Shown here in pieces: positions 36,010 through 45,099 of a DNA stretch of 64,000 nt. The position numbers were made by a program, and so were the translations under genes. Under the pieces are notes generated by a model. The model was not told the origin of the DNA and made no database searches. It worked only from the letters and a program-made list of their open reading frames with translations. The stretch spans positions 32,001-96,000 of the forward strand of contig JASFQK010000018.1 of assembly GCA_050115495.1 (NCBI GenBank), read 5' to 3'. The DNA comes from Phycisphaerae bacterium. Its GTDB lineage: Bacteria; Planctomycetota; Phycisphaerae; UBA1845; Fen-1342. Numbering within the stretch: the first letter of the stretch is position 1; the number at the start of each line of letters is the position of its first letter.

Positions 36010-38802
36010 TCAGGGGACGAGCAGGTTGACGAACGGACTGATGTCAAAGTTGTCCACGATGTCGTCGCCGTTCACGTCCGCCAGGTCGCGGTCGCAGCCG
36101 GGGTACAGGTCGTAGTACTCCGGGTAGTCCGGCGCGGTGGCGTTCAGGGCCACCACGAAGGCCCGGATGTCGAAGTTGTCGACAAGGCCGTCGCAATTCA
36201 GATCACCGACGGTGTACTCCGGTTCGCCCGGCAGACCCCAGATGGCCACGTCGTCGATGTTCCAGCCGGAATACGCCCAGGCGGCGCTGCCGATGCGATA
36301 GCCCCAGCGGACGTAGACGGCCAGCTGATTGTTGGCCAGGGCCGAGATATCGCAGGTGATCGGCGTCCAGGCGCTGTCCGTGATGGCCGTGTTGGCGTTG
36401 GCCCAGACTTCGGTCCACGTCGTGCCGTCGACGGAGACCTCGACGGTGTTCTTTACGTACGGCTGGTAGTCGCTGTTGAGCCAGCGCTGGAAGCGGACGC
36501 TCGTTTCGGTCAGGCCGGTGAGGTCGACCGGGCCCATGCTCAGGTAGTAGGGCCCGCCGGGCGTGACCGAGTAGTCGCCGCTGAGGTTGACGCCGTAGAC
36601 GTAGGCACCGGTGGCGCCGGCGGTCGGGTCGGGGTTGGGATGCAACACGCCGCCGCTGCCGGCCGGCTGGCCGAAGGCCCACTGCCCCATGGCGGACCAG
36701 CCGGGGTTCTCGTCGAGCGGCCAGGTGAGCAGGCTGGTGGGGACGCCGACCTTGAGCGTGATGAGGCGGGTGGCATCGCCGACGTGCGAGGTCTCATTGA
36801 CGAACTCGACGGTGGCGACGTACGTGCCGTAGCCGAAGCTGTTGGCCGTGCTGTTGACGGTGACGGTGACTTCGGCGGTACCGTCGACGGGCAGCGTGCC
36901 CGCGCCGTTCCCGACGGTGACCCAGGTCTGGTCGGCGGTGGCCGAGTAGGTGAGCGGCTCGTCGGTGTTGTTGGTCAGCGTGTAGGTGACGCCGTCAGGC
37001 GTGAAGGGGCCGCCGGGCTGACCCTCGGCGATGAGGCCGCCGGCCGGATCGATGGCGAGATCGACGGCGCCGGGGCCGGGCAGGTAGAGGCTGGGGTCGC
37101 CCATGAGGTTGTACATCTCGAAGTAGCGGCGGGTGGTGCTGCCCGAGCCGAAGTATTCGAGGTAGCGGACGAGGGCACCCTGCCAGGCGGGGCTGACCTC
37201 GCGCTGCGGGTTCTCGGGGTCGTAAATGACGTCGAAGAGCTTCTTCTCGAGGATGTCGTCCTCGGTCCAGTAGCTGTTCACGGAGGAGCCGTAGATGGCG
37301 ATGGCGCCCTTGTTCTCCTCGCGGAGCCACGTTTCGGTGAAGCACTCACTGGCCGTGAACTGGCCGGTGACGCAGGCGAAGCTGCACACGAAGGGGTAGA
37401 GCTGATAGTTCGTCAGGTTGCCGACGTCGCTCGCGGAGAACGGCGGGCCGTCGCCCCAACTGGTCGTGCCGCCGTGGCCGGAGTAGATGCCGTAGATGCG
37501 GCCGTCGTTGAAGGCGTTGCGGACCTGCTGCATGGTCGCGTTGTAGGTGTGGCAGTAGAGCTTGTCCGACTCGATACCGTTGGGAATCATGTAGTTGTTG
37601 ATGACGTAGTTGTGTGTGCCCTCGCTGACCTGGTAGTTGTCCTCCGAGGCCATGAAGACGGCTCGCAGGACGTAGTCGGGATCGGCGAACAGGCCCAACT
37701 CGAAGTCGATCGTCTTCTCGATCATGTTCGTCAGATCCGTGGGACTCTGCGTCGAGAAGCGGCCGATGGGGATGTCCGGGTACCAGTCGGTGGTGCCGTC
37801 CATGCACACGTAGTTCAGGTCGGTCGCCGGCGAGCCGGCGCCGCCGCCGGTCCAGCTCGGGATCGTGTTCGTGTCGCCGATCAGGAGCACGTAGTCCGGC
37901 GAATTGGCGCCGCCGTACAGGCCGGTGATGTAGTTCTTGATGGTCGCGGCGCTGGCGCCGGCGGCCACTTCCTGCACGGTGACGTTGAAGCCCTGGTTCT
38001 GTTTGAAGGTGACGAAGTCGCCGATCTGGCCGGCGTAGGTGCTGGCCACGAGGATCAGGTAGTTGCCGCCACGGCTGCCGAGCCCCGCGGGCAACAGCGA
38101 CGGATTCGCCACGACGCCCGCCAGCCCCGCCGGAGCCGACATCGTCGCGGGCGTTCCGCCGGCGAAGGACACGTTGACGACGGTGCGCGGATACAGGGTG
38201 ACCTGCTCGGTGGCGGTGTCGTAGGCGACCGGCCACACCTCGAGCAGCATCAGCCGCTGGCCGTGCATCACGCCCAGCTCGGTGACCGTCGCGCGCGCGG
38301 TGCCGTAGCTGATGCCGGCGTAAGCCTGTGCGTCGTAGATGAACGGGGCGTTCTCAATCGCTCCGGGGAGCTTCTCGATCGGCGGCTGCACGGGGGCGAG
38401 CAGCAGGCGGCGACCGACGGCGGCGGCGTCGAGCACCTCCAAGCCTTCGGTCTGCACGTCGAACGTCACGGTCGCGTCCGGTGGCGCCACGAAGATCCGG
38501 CGAACCACCGCGATCCCCGGTGCGCCGATCTGCCCGGCGAGCGGGCTGTCCGGCAGCGTCAGTTCCACGAACGTACCAGCGTCGGTCTGCTGATCGATCA
38601 GCTCCAACCCGAGCACGTCCACCATGAGCTCGAAGCCCTCGCGGCCGTCGTCCTGCACCTGGACGTACGGTGCCTGGGCAGGGGCCATCTGCGGCTGCCC
38701 GGTGCCGACCGGCAGCCAGTCGCCGGCCACAGCCCCGGCCGGGATCAGCAGTATGAGAGCCATGATCGACAAGCTCAGCCGCCATCCACATCGCACATGC
38801 AT
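36010..38802 (-). CDS. Gingipain-like C25 cysteine protease B: propeptide, catalytic domain, BACON-like, jelly-roll, dockerin-like tail
   Basis: Paralog of 31764..35591; YSGHGG, SFACVTG, YNLMGDP; GDLNCDG/ADVNGD loops; GGAGG RBS. Confidence 0.92.
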   Translation of the reverse strand: MHVRCGWRLSLSIMALILLIPAGAVAGDWLPVGTGQPQMAPAQAPYVQVQDDGREGFELMVDVLGLELIDQQTDAGTFVELTLPDSPLAGQIGAPGIAVVRRIFVAPPDATVTFDVQTEGLEVLDAAAVGRRLLLAPVQPPIEKLPGAIENAPFIYDAQAYAGISYGTARATVTELGVMHGQRLMLLEVWPVAYDTATEQVTLYPRTVVNVSFAGGTPATMSAPAGLAGVVANPSLLPAGLGSRGGNYLILVASTYAGQIGDFVTFKQNQGFNVTVQEVAAGASAATIKNYITGLYGGANSPDYVLLIGDTNTIPSWTGGGAGSPATDLNYVCMDGTTDWYPDIPIGRFSTQSPTDLTNMIEKTIDFELGLFADPDYVLRAVFMASEDNYQVSEGTHNYVINNYMIPNGIESDKLYCHTYNATMQQVRNAFNDGRIYGIYSGHGGTTSWGDGPPFSASDVGNLTNYQLYPFVCSFACVTGQFTASECFTETWLREENKGAIAIYGSSVNSYWTEDDILEKKLFDVIYDPENPQREVSPAWQGALVRYLEYFGSGSTTRRYFEMYNLMGDPSLYLPGPGAVDLAIDPAGGLIAEGQPGGPFTPDGVTYTLTNNTDEPLTYSATADQTWVTVGNGAGTLPVDGTAEVTVTVNSTANSFGYGTYVATVEFVNETSHVGDATRLITLKVGVPTSLLTWPLDENPGWSAMGQWAFGQPAGSGGVLHPNPDPTAGATGAYVYGVNLSGDYSVTPGGPYYLSMGPVDLTGLTETSVRFQRWLNSDYQPYVKNTVEVSVDGTTWTEVWANANTAITDSAWTPITCDISALANNQLAVYVRWGYRIGSAAWAYSGWNIDDVAIWGLPGEPEYTVGDLNCDGLVDNFDIRAFVVALNATAPDYPEYYDLYPGCDRDLADVNGDDIVDNFDISPFVNLLVP

Positions 38803-39035
38803 GACCACACCTCCACCAGTTGGACCCAACGGTCGGCGGCGACCAAGCGCAGTCCTCGCGCATGGCCGGCGGCCGATTCGAGTGAAAAAGGGAAACAGCA
38901 CCTCTGTAGTCCGAGACTTCGCGCGGATCGTGCCCCGCGTCGGGGACGCGCGCTTCTGCCCGCCGTCAAGCTGATTGGACCATCCCAGGCGCGTGACCAT
39001 GGCGCCCACGCCTTCAACCTGCCGGCTCGACCGTC

Positions 39036-39064
39036 ATTATCCCGGCTCCGCCCCAGGCATACAA
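39036..39064 (-). promoter_or_regulatory. Putative sigma70 promoter of C25 protease B
   Basis: Minus strand TTGTAT-N17-GATAAT. Confidence 0.55.
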
Positions 39065-39208
39065 CAGATTTCGGCGGATTTCCGGCCTTGCGTCACGCCG
39101 GTGACGACCTTCGCCGCCGCTGGAACTGGACGGGCGCAGCCACGCAGGTACCATAAGCTGCTGTTGTTGACCGGCGCATCCAGCCGCACGCGAACTGAGC
39201 GATCCGAT

Positions 39209-40213
39209 ATGAAGCCCCTCCTGGTTATTCCGCCTGCCCCAGCGCGATGGGCAGCTTTGCGCGCCTTGCCACTGCACGAAGACCCGCTGTGGTGGGACGA
39301 CCTTCACAAACGCTTCGCCGACGGCGTTCCCGGGACGCAGGACGCCTTCGCCCTGGTCAGCGACGGCGGGCTGATCCTGGGCTGCGCCTCCATCAGCAAA
39401 CGGCATGACGTCGGCGTGCTGACCCGCCTGTTCGTTCAGGCGGACCACCGCCGGCAGGGGCTGGCCCGAGCGCTCACCGAGACGCTGCTGTCCTGGTTCG
39501 ACATGACCGGCGGCAAGTGGCTTTATGGGACGACTACCACGGAACTCGCCGAGACGCTCTTCGGCGGCCTGGGGTTCTCGGTCCTGCACAGGGCCCCGCG
39601 AGAGCCGCACGACGCCGTCGTGCTGGTGCGGCGGGCGGACGATGTACCGCCGGACCCGCTCCTTACGGCCGACGGAGCCTTCAGCATTCACGACGTGACG
39701 CGGGCCAATTGGCCGACGCTGGCCACACTTCTTTACAATCGGGCCGGGCCCGATCCGCGGGCCAGCCTCGACGAGTCGGCGGTCGCCGCCGAACGCAGCA
39801 CGCTCGAACTGCTCGCCCAGCAGGAAGCGGGTACGTGCCAGCTCAAGGCGGCGTTCCACGGGGCCCGCTTGGTCGCGCTGGCGTCGGTGGCGCTCGACGC
39901 TCCCGGCGATCGCACGTACGCCGTCATCATGCCGCACGACGACGCGCCTGAGAAACTGCGTGATACGGTCATTCAGTTCGCTCGCGGGCGCGGTTACGCC
40001 AACGTCGATTTCCCGATGGAGGCGCTGGCTCCGAGGCGTCCGGTCCGGCGACCGGGTCCGCCAGTGTCGGCGCAGGAGAAAGCCGCGGCTCCGTCCGCTG
40101 AGACAGTGGACGCGTCCGCACCGCCCGCCGAAACGACGGAGACGCCCGAACTGCCCGCCGAGCCGGAACCGGTCACGCCGCCGGCGGCGGTGGAGGGTGA
40201 GCAGCGGGGCTGA
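39209..40213 (+). CDS. GNAT-family N-acetyltransferase with Pro/Ala/Glu-rich tail
   Basis: LFVQADHRRQGLAR acetyl-CoA binding motif A; LFGGLGF. Confidence 0.75.
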   Translation: MKPLLVIPPAPARWAALRALPLHEDPLWWDDLHKRFADGVPGTQDAFALVSDGGLILGCASISKRHDVGVLTRLFVQADHRRQGLARALTETLLSWFDMTGGKWLYGTTTTELAETLFGGLGFSVLHRAPREPHDAVVLVRRADDVPPDPLLTADGAFSIHDVTRANWPTLATLLYNRAGPDPRASLDESAVAAERSTLELLAQQEAGTCQLKAAFHGARLVALASVALDAPGDRTYAVIMPHDDAPEKLRDTVIQFARGRGYANVDFPMEALAPRRPVRRPGPPVSAQEKAAAPSAETVDASAPPAETTETPELPAEPEPVTPPAAVEGEQRG

Positions 40214-40236
40214 GGCCCGGCGGCGATGGGGGTTGC

Positions 40237-41139
40237 CTACAGATCCAGTCCGATGTCCAACGCCGGCGCGGAGTGTGTGAGTGCGCCGCAGGAGATGCGA
40301 TCGACGCCGGTAGCGGCGATGTCGGCGATGCGCTCGAACGTGACGCCACCGCTGGCTTCGAGCTCGGGGCGGCCGTCGCGGCCAGCGGCGTCGCGCTGGG
40401 CCACGGCCTCGCGCATCTGCTCGGGCGTGAAGTTGTCCAGCAAGACGATGTCCACGCGCTGCACGCGGCAGACTTCGGGCAGTTGCGCCAGGCTGTCGAT
40501 CTCGACCTCGACGAAGCTTGGTTGCGTCGTGAGCCGGGCGAGCATCTCTTCGAGCGCCGTGGCGAGCCCGCCGACGGGGATGCCCGCCAGGTGGTTGTCC
40601 TTGATGAGCACGGCGTCGTGCAGGCCGAAGCGGTGGTTCGTTCCGCCGGCGATGCGCACGGCGTACTTGTGTAGCTCACGCCAGCCGGGCAGCGTCTTGC
40701 GCGTGTCCAGGATCTTCACCGCCGGGCTGACGGCACGGGCGGCCTGAACGTATCGGCGGGTCAGCGTGGCCACGCCGCTGAGATGCGTGAGGAAGTTGAG
40801 TAGCGTACGTTCGACGGTGAGGACGGCGGCACGCGGGCCGGAGATGGTGGCCACGCACGTGCCGGGCGAGACGCTGGCGCCGTCGGCACACGGCTGTTCG
40901 CCGCGCGATGCCGGTGTGAATTGCAGGGTGGCTCCGAGACGTCGCGAGAACGTAGCGCAAATGTCCGGGCCAAGCGCGAGGCCGCAGATGACGCCGGCCT
41001 GACGGGCGACGAGCCCCGCGGAGACCTGCTCGTCAGAGACGGCGAGCAGGGCGGAGGTGATGTCGCCGGCGGTGCCGAGATCTTCCTCGCAGGCGGCGGT
41101 GATCAGATCGAGCGTGCGTTTGGACCAGGTTGGCGTCAT
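40237..41139 (-). CDS. nadC: Quinolinate phosphoribosyltransferase
   Basis: EDLG..GDITS, ERTLLN, SGVAT, DTRKTLPG, HRFGL, LIKDNH, LLDNF, EASGG, GALTHS. Confidence 0.97.
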   Translation of the reverse strand: MTPTWSKRTLDLITAACEEDLGTAGDITSALLAVSDEQVSAGLVARQAGVICGLALGPDICATFSRRLGATLQFTPASRGEQPCADGASVSPGTCVATISGPRAAVLTVERTLLNFLTHLSGVATLTRRYVQAARAVSPAVKILDTRKTLPGWRELHKYAVRIAGGTNHRFGLHDAVLIKDNHLAGIPVGGLATALEEMLARLTTQPSFVEVEIDSLAQLPEVCRVQRVDIVLLDNFTPEQMREAVAQRDAAGRDGRPELEASGGVTFERIADIAATGVDRISCGALTHSAPALDIGLDL

Positions 41140-41157
41140 GGTTCGTCACTCGCCGGA

Positions 41158-41964
41158 CTACTTGCCCGTGAAGCGCGGCGGTCGCCGAGCGAGGAAGGCT
41201 GCGACGCCTTCCGCGTGATCGGTGGACTTCGCGGCGGTTGCCTGCTGGAAGGCCTCGTATTCCAGTTGCTCGTCGAGCGTGGCGGTCCAGGCGTGGTTGA
41301 GGGCCCGCTTGGCCAGCCCGATGGCCTGCGTGGGCTTGGCGGCCAGTCGGCGGGCGAACTCCTGGGCCGCCGCCGCCAGCTCCTCATCATCGACGACGCG
41401 GTTGACCAGCCCCCAGCTCAGCGCATCCTCGGCCGAGACCGGCTCGCCGAGCATGCACATCTCCGCAGCGCGGGCGTAGCCGGCCTGTTGCACGAGCGTC
41501 TGCGTCGAGGCCATGTCCGGCACGAGACCGATGTTCACGAAGGCCATGATCAGCTTGGCGCTGCGGGCACACAGCCGCAGGTCGGCGGCTAGCGCGAGAC
41601 TGGCGCCGCCGCCGGCGGCCACACCGTTGATGGCGGCAATGACCGGCATCTCCATCGTGCGCAGGCGGACGATCAGCGGGTTGTAGCGCTGCCGCAGGAT
41701 GGCGCCGAGCTCGAGGCCCTCGTCGTCCAGCTTGCCGTCGCGGGCGGCGGCCAGCTCCTTGAGATCCTGGCCGGCACAGAAGGCTCGCCCGGCGCCGGTG
41801 AGCACGATACAGCGCACGGCGTCGTTGCGCTGGGCCAGGCGCAGGGCCGTGCCCAGCTCGACGCTCATCGGCCCGTTGAGGGCGTTCAGTGCATCAGGCC
41901 GGTTCAGCGTGATGGTCAGCACGCCTTCGGCCGAGTCGGTCCAGATGGTTGAGAAGGATGTCAC
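41158..41964 (-). CDS. Enoyl-CoA hydratase/isomerase, PaaG-like
   Basis: LNRPDALNA, GRAFCAGQDL, YNPLI, AAGGGASLALA, IGLVPD. Confidence 0.88.
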   Translation of the reverse strand: MTSFSTIWTDSAEGVLTITLNRPDALNALNGPMSVELGTALRLAQRNDAVRCIVLTGAGRAFCAGQDLKELAAARDGKLDDEGLELGAILRQRYNPLIVRLRTMEMPVIAAINGVAAGGGASLALAADLRLCARSAKLIMAFVNIGLVPDMASTQTLVQQAGYARAAEMCMLGEPVSAEDALSWGLVNRVVDDEELAAAAQEFARRLAAKPTQAIGLAKRALNHAWTATLDEQLEYEAFQQATAAKSTDHAEGVAAFLARRPPRFTGK

Positions 41965-41975
41965 GCGCTGCTCCT

Positions 41976-42746
41976 TCAGCGTCCCACGAAGACCGCGGGC
42001 CGTTGTTCGAGGAAGGCCCGCATGCCCTCGCGCTGGTCCGCGGTGCCAAAGAGCAGGTGGCGCAGGCTGCGCTCCAGGGCCAGCCCGTCGCGCAGGGCGG
42101 CCTGCTCGGCGTGGAGGATGGCGGCCTTGGCCATTTGCAGCGCCAGCGGTGGGCGCGTGGCCAGATCGCGGCAGACGTTGAGGGCTTCGTGGTAATACTG
42201 CTCGCGCGGCACGACCCGGCTGACCAGGCCCATGGCCAGCGCTTCGCGGGCGGTGATGCTGCGCCCGGTGAGCAGCAGGTCCATGGCTCGTGCCTTACCG
42301 GCCAGGTGTGTGAGGCGCTGCGTCGCTCCGCCGGCCGGCAGGGCACCCATGCCCACTTCGGGCAGAGCCAGCCGGGCGGTCTCCGCAGCGATGACGATGT
42401 CACAGGCCAGCAGTAGGGCACAGCCGGCGCCGATCGCCTGGCCGCTGACCGCCGCCACCAGCGGCTTGCGCAGTTGCTGCAACCGTTCCCAACGGCGGGC
42501 GGCGTCGCGGTGATAGACCTCGACCGCCGACGCGTCGGCGAGTTCGGTGACGTCTTCGCCGGCGCAGAAGGCCCGCTCGCCGCCGGCCAGCAGCAGGCAG
42601 CGGACGTCGCCGTCGGCGTCGAAGCGTTCGGCCGCGGCAGCGATCTGGTCGAAGGTCTTGAGGTTCAGCGTGTTCAGCGTCTCCGGCCGGTTGAGCCGGA
42701 TGATGCCGATCGGTCCGTCGCGTTCGGTGAGGGTTTCGGCCGCCAT
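41976..42746 (-). CDS. Enoyl-CoA hydratase, PaaF-like
   Basis: LNRPETLN, AFCAGEDV, GAGCALLLACD, LPEV...PAGGATQRL, DQREGMRAF. Confidence 0.88.
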   Translation of the reverse strand: MAAETLTERDGPIGIIRLNRPETLNTLNLKTFDQIAAAAERFDADGDVRCLLLAGGERAFCAGEDVTELADASAVEVYHRDAARRWERLQQLRKPLVAAVSGQAIGAGCALLLACDIVIAAETARLALPEVGMGALPAGGATQRLTHLAGKARAMDLLLTGRSITAREALAMGLVSRVVPREQYYHEALNVCRDLATRPPLALQMAKAAILHAEQAALRDGLALERSLRHLLFGTADQREGMRAFLEQRPAVFVGR

Positions 42747-42798
42747 GGCCGAATCGTAAACGACAGGCGCACCCGGGTTCAAGCCGCGCGGCCGCCGC

Positions 42799-43953
42799 TC
42801 AGGACTCGGATTTGGGCGGAGCAGCGGGCCGTGGGGCGGGGCGTTCTTCGGGGTGGGTCAGTCCGGTGAGGTAGGCGACCAGTGCCGTGAGCACGCAAAC
42901 CGCCACGTAGAGCGGTACCGCGTAGCGTGTGCGAATGACCGGACCGCTCGGCCGCACCCACATCATCAGCAGCCCGGCGCCCACGTAGAGCATGGTCAGC
43001 CCGTACGAGATCAGCACGGTCTGCCGCACCGACAGGCCGCGGTGCACGAGCTGATCGTAGAAATGGCTGCGGTCGCCCTCGAAGATCGAGCGCCCGCTCC
43101 GCCAGCGGCGGAACATCGCCAGCGCTGTGTCGAAAATCGGCAGGGCGAAGATCATCAGCGCCGCGATCACCCAGCGCAGAATGGCCTGCTCGGCGAACAG
43201 GACGATGAGCAGGCCGCAGTTGTAGCCCAGCAGCACGCTGCCGGCGTCGCCCATGAAGATGCGGGCCGGGTTGAAGTTCCACGGCAGAAAGCCGATGGCG
43301 GCTCCGCACATGGCGATGGCCAGCAGCAGCCGCAGCGGATCGCCCGATTGGCTGTAGCCCCACAACGCCAAGTGCGAAGCCAGCAGGAAGAAGCCCAGCG
43401 AGATGATGGCCGTCACGCCCGAGCACAATCCGTCCAGCCCGTCGATCAGGTTCGCCGAGTTGCACGCCCCGAGCACAATCAGGAGGCTGATGACCACGGA
43501 GGCGGGCACGGCGAGGAAGCCGGGCACGGAGAATCCGAACTGCCCGAGCATGGCCTCAACCAGCCGGCCCCCGGCGCCGGTGGTGATCAGCACCGCGGCG
43601 ACGATGACGGCGCCGATGATCAGCCGCCACTTCGGGGCGATACCGCGGATGTCGTCGACGAGTCCCATGATGGAGATCGCCACGCCGCCCAGCAGCACCG
43701 GGAGCAGTAGCGGCCAGTCGACGATCCCTCGTGCCAGCCCCACGATCAGCGCCAGCGTCCAGGCCAGGCAGATGGCCGCCCCGCCGAGGTAGGGGGTCGG
43801 CTTCGCGTGGGGCTTGAGGAACGTATCGGGGAAGTCCATCACGCCGAAGCGCTGCGCCACGCGCATCGCCAGCGGCGTGGCGAAGACGGCGACGACGAAG
43901 GCGGTCAGCCCATAGCCGCCATACACGGAGAGCAGGTCCCAGAACGCATCCAT
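42799..43953 (-). CDS. WecA/TagO-like undecaprenyl-phosphate GlcNAc-1-phosphate transferase (MraY family)
   Basis: PTPYLGG, GLVDD, NLIDGLDGL, NFNPARIFMGDAGS, DRSHFY; polytopic membrane protein. Confidence 0.92.
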   Translation of the reverse strand: MDAFWDLLSVYGGYGLTAFVVAVFATPLAMRVAQRFGVMDFPDTFLKPHAKPTPYLGGAAICLAWTLALIVGLARGIVDWPLLLPVLLGGVAISIMGLVDDIRGIAPKWRLIIGAVIVAAVLITTGAGGRLVEAMLGQFGFSVPGFLAVPASVVISLLIVLGACNSANLIDGLDGLCSGVTAIISLGFFLLASHLALWGYSQSGDPLRLLLAIAMCGAAIGFLPWNFNPARIFMGDAGSVLLGYNCGLLIVLFAEQAILRWVIAALMIFALPIFDTALAMFRRWRSGRSIFEGDRSHFYDQLVHRGLSVRQTVLISYGLTMLYVGAGLLMMWVRPSGPVIRTRYAVPLYVAVCVLTALVAYLTGLTHPEERPAPRPAAPPKSES

Positions 43954-44061
43954 CGCGGCGTTACTATACTCATTTCCCCCGCGATGCGAAGTGCGCGCGG
44001 GCCCGTTCCCTGAGCTCCGCGCGCATTTGGATGCCGTGAAGGTCGTTGGCCGCGGGGCCGC

Positions 44062-44826
44062 CTACTGCCGGCGGCGCCAGGTGAAGAGGAGGGCTACGCC
44101 GCCTGCGCCGGCCAGCATGACGACTTCCGGCTCGGGAACGGCGGTGACCTCGACGACGAGATCGTTGTAATCCGCGTCGCCCAGGTCGGGCAGGTCCTCC
44201 CAGCACAGCAGCCAGTGCTTCAGCCCGTCGTCGAGGCCGGTTAGCTCGTACGTTACCAGGTGGTCGTCGCCATCGGTGTTGCCGCCGATATCGGAGTACC
44301 AGGTCAGACCGCTGCCACTGCGGGCCCAGGTCCAGGCGTCGTTGCGGGCGAAGGAAAGCGTTGCCCCGCCACTGACGTTTGTGCCGCTGCCGGAGACGTC
44401 GAACAGCTTCGCGTAGCCGGCGTTGTCGCCGAGCAGGTCGTAGCCGAACTCCTGGGCGTACGCTGCGTAGCGGGCCCGGGCCTCAGCGGAGACGGCCTGG
44501 CCGGTCCAGACGGCGTCCGTGGCGTCGCCGGGAGAATTCCAGAAGGCATCCAGGATGCCGTTTAGCCCGAAGTCGTCGACGCGGATCGCGCTCAGTGTGC
44601 CGTTGGTGAAGTCGACGTAGGCGTCACGGGCGTCCCGCCGATCGCCGAAGGGCTCCCACGCTGTGCCGGGAGAGAAGGCGGCTTCGAGGATGGCGGGGTG
44701 ACCGAGTTCGCCCGAGTGTGTGGGGGCGGCGATGGGGACGAAGTCCGCTGTCGCCGGTCCCGCCGCGAGGGCGATCCATGTCGCTGTGCCGAGAAGCAGT
44801 GTTGTCCAGCCGCGTGTGTTCATCAT
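44062..44826 (-). CDS. PEP-CTERM protein with DUF4114-like C-terminal domain
   Basis: Signal peptide; WEDL...DADYNDLVVEV; VPEPEVVMLAGAGGVALLFTWRRR. Confidence 0.85.
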   Translation of the reverse strand: MMNTRGWTTLLLGTATWIALAAGPATADFVPIAAPTHSGELGHPAILEAAFSPGTAWEPFGDRRDARDAYVDFTNGTLSAIRVDDFGLNGILDAFWNSPGDATDAVWTGQAVSAEARARYAAYAQEFGYDLLGDNAGYAKLFDVSGSGTNVSGGATLSFARNDAWTWARSGSGLTWYSDIGGNTDGDDHLVTYELTGLDDGLKHWLLCWEDLPDLGDADYNDLVVEVTAVPEPEVVMLAGAGGVALLFTWRRRQ

Positions 44827-45099
44827 GACGTACCTCATTCGACGTGTCCGCCGCAGGGCGGAGGCTCGTCGCGCCCACCACGTTCGCCACGATCCCGGGA
44901 AGACGTCCGGTACGGGGCCCGGCCGCCACGGGGCGCCCGGTGCAGGACCGGACACCACGCCCGGATGGTGCGCCGACAACGGTGGCACCTTATTGGGTAT
45001 GGACAAAACGAAGCCCCCCGGCGTCAAACGAGGCGAGCGAACGCGTGCGGCGGTGGAGGAATAGCTGCGTTTATCGGGCGTGACGCAGCCGCCGGGCGG

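Noticed and set aside
31764..38802. Classical cellulosome
   Set aside because: No glycoside hydrolase, cellulose-binding module or cohesin recognised; the cargo is proteolytic
32766..39156. Long plus-strand ORFs of 907 and 1073 aa
   Set aside because: Antisense shadows of the C25 genes, typical of high-GC codon bias; no motifs
41158..42746. Phenylacetate catabolic cluster
   Set aside because: Only two crotonase-family genes; no paaABCDE, paaK or paaZ in the window, so no gene symbols assigned
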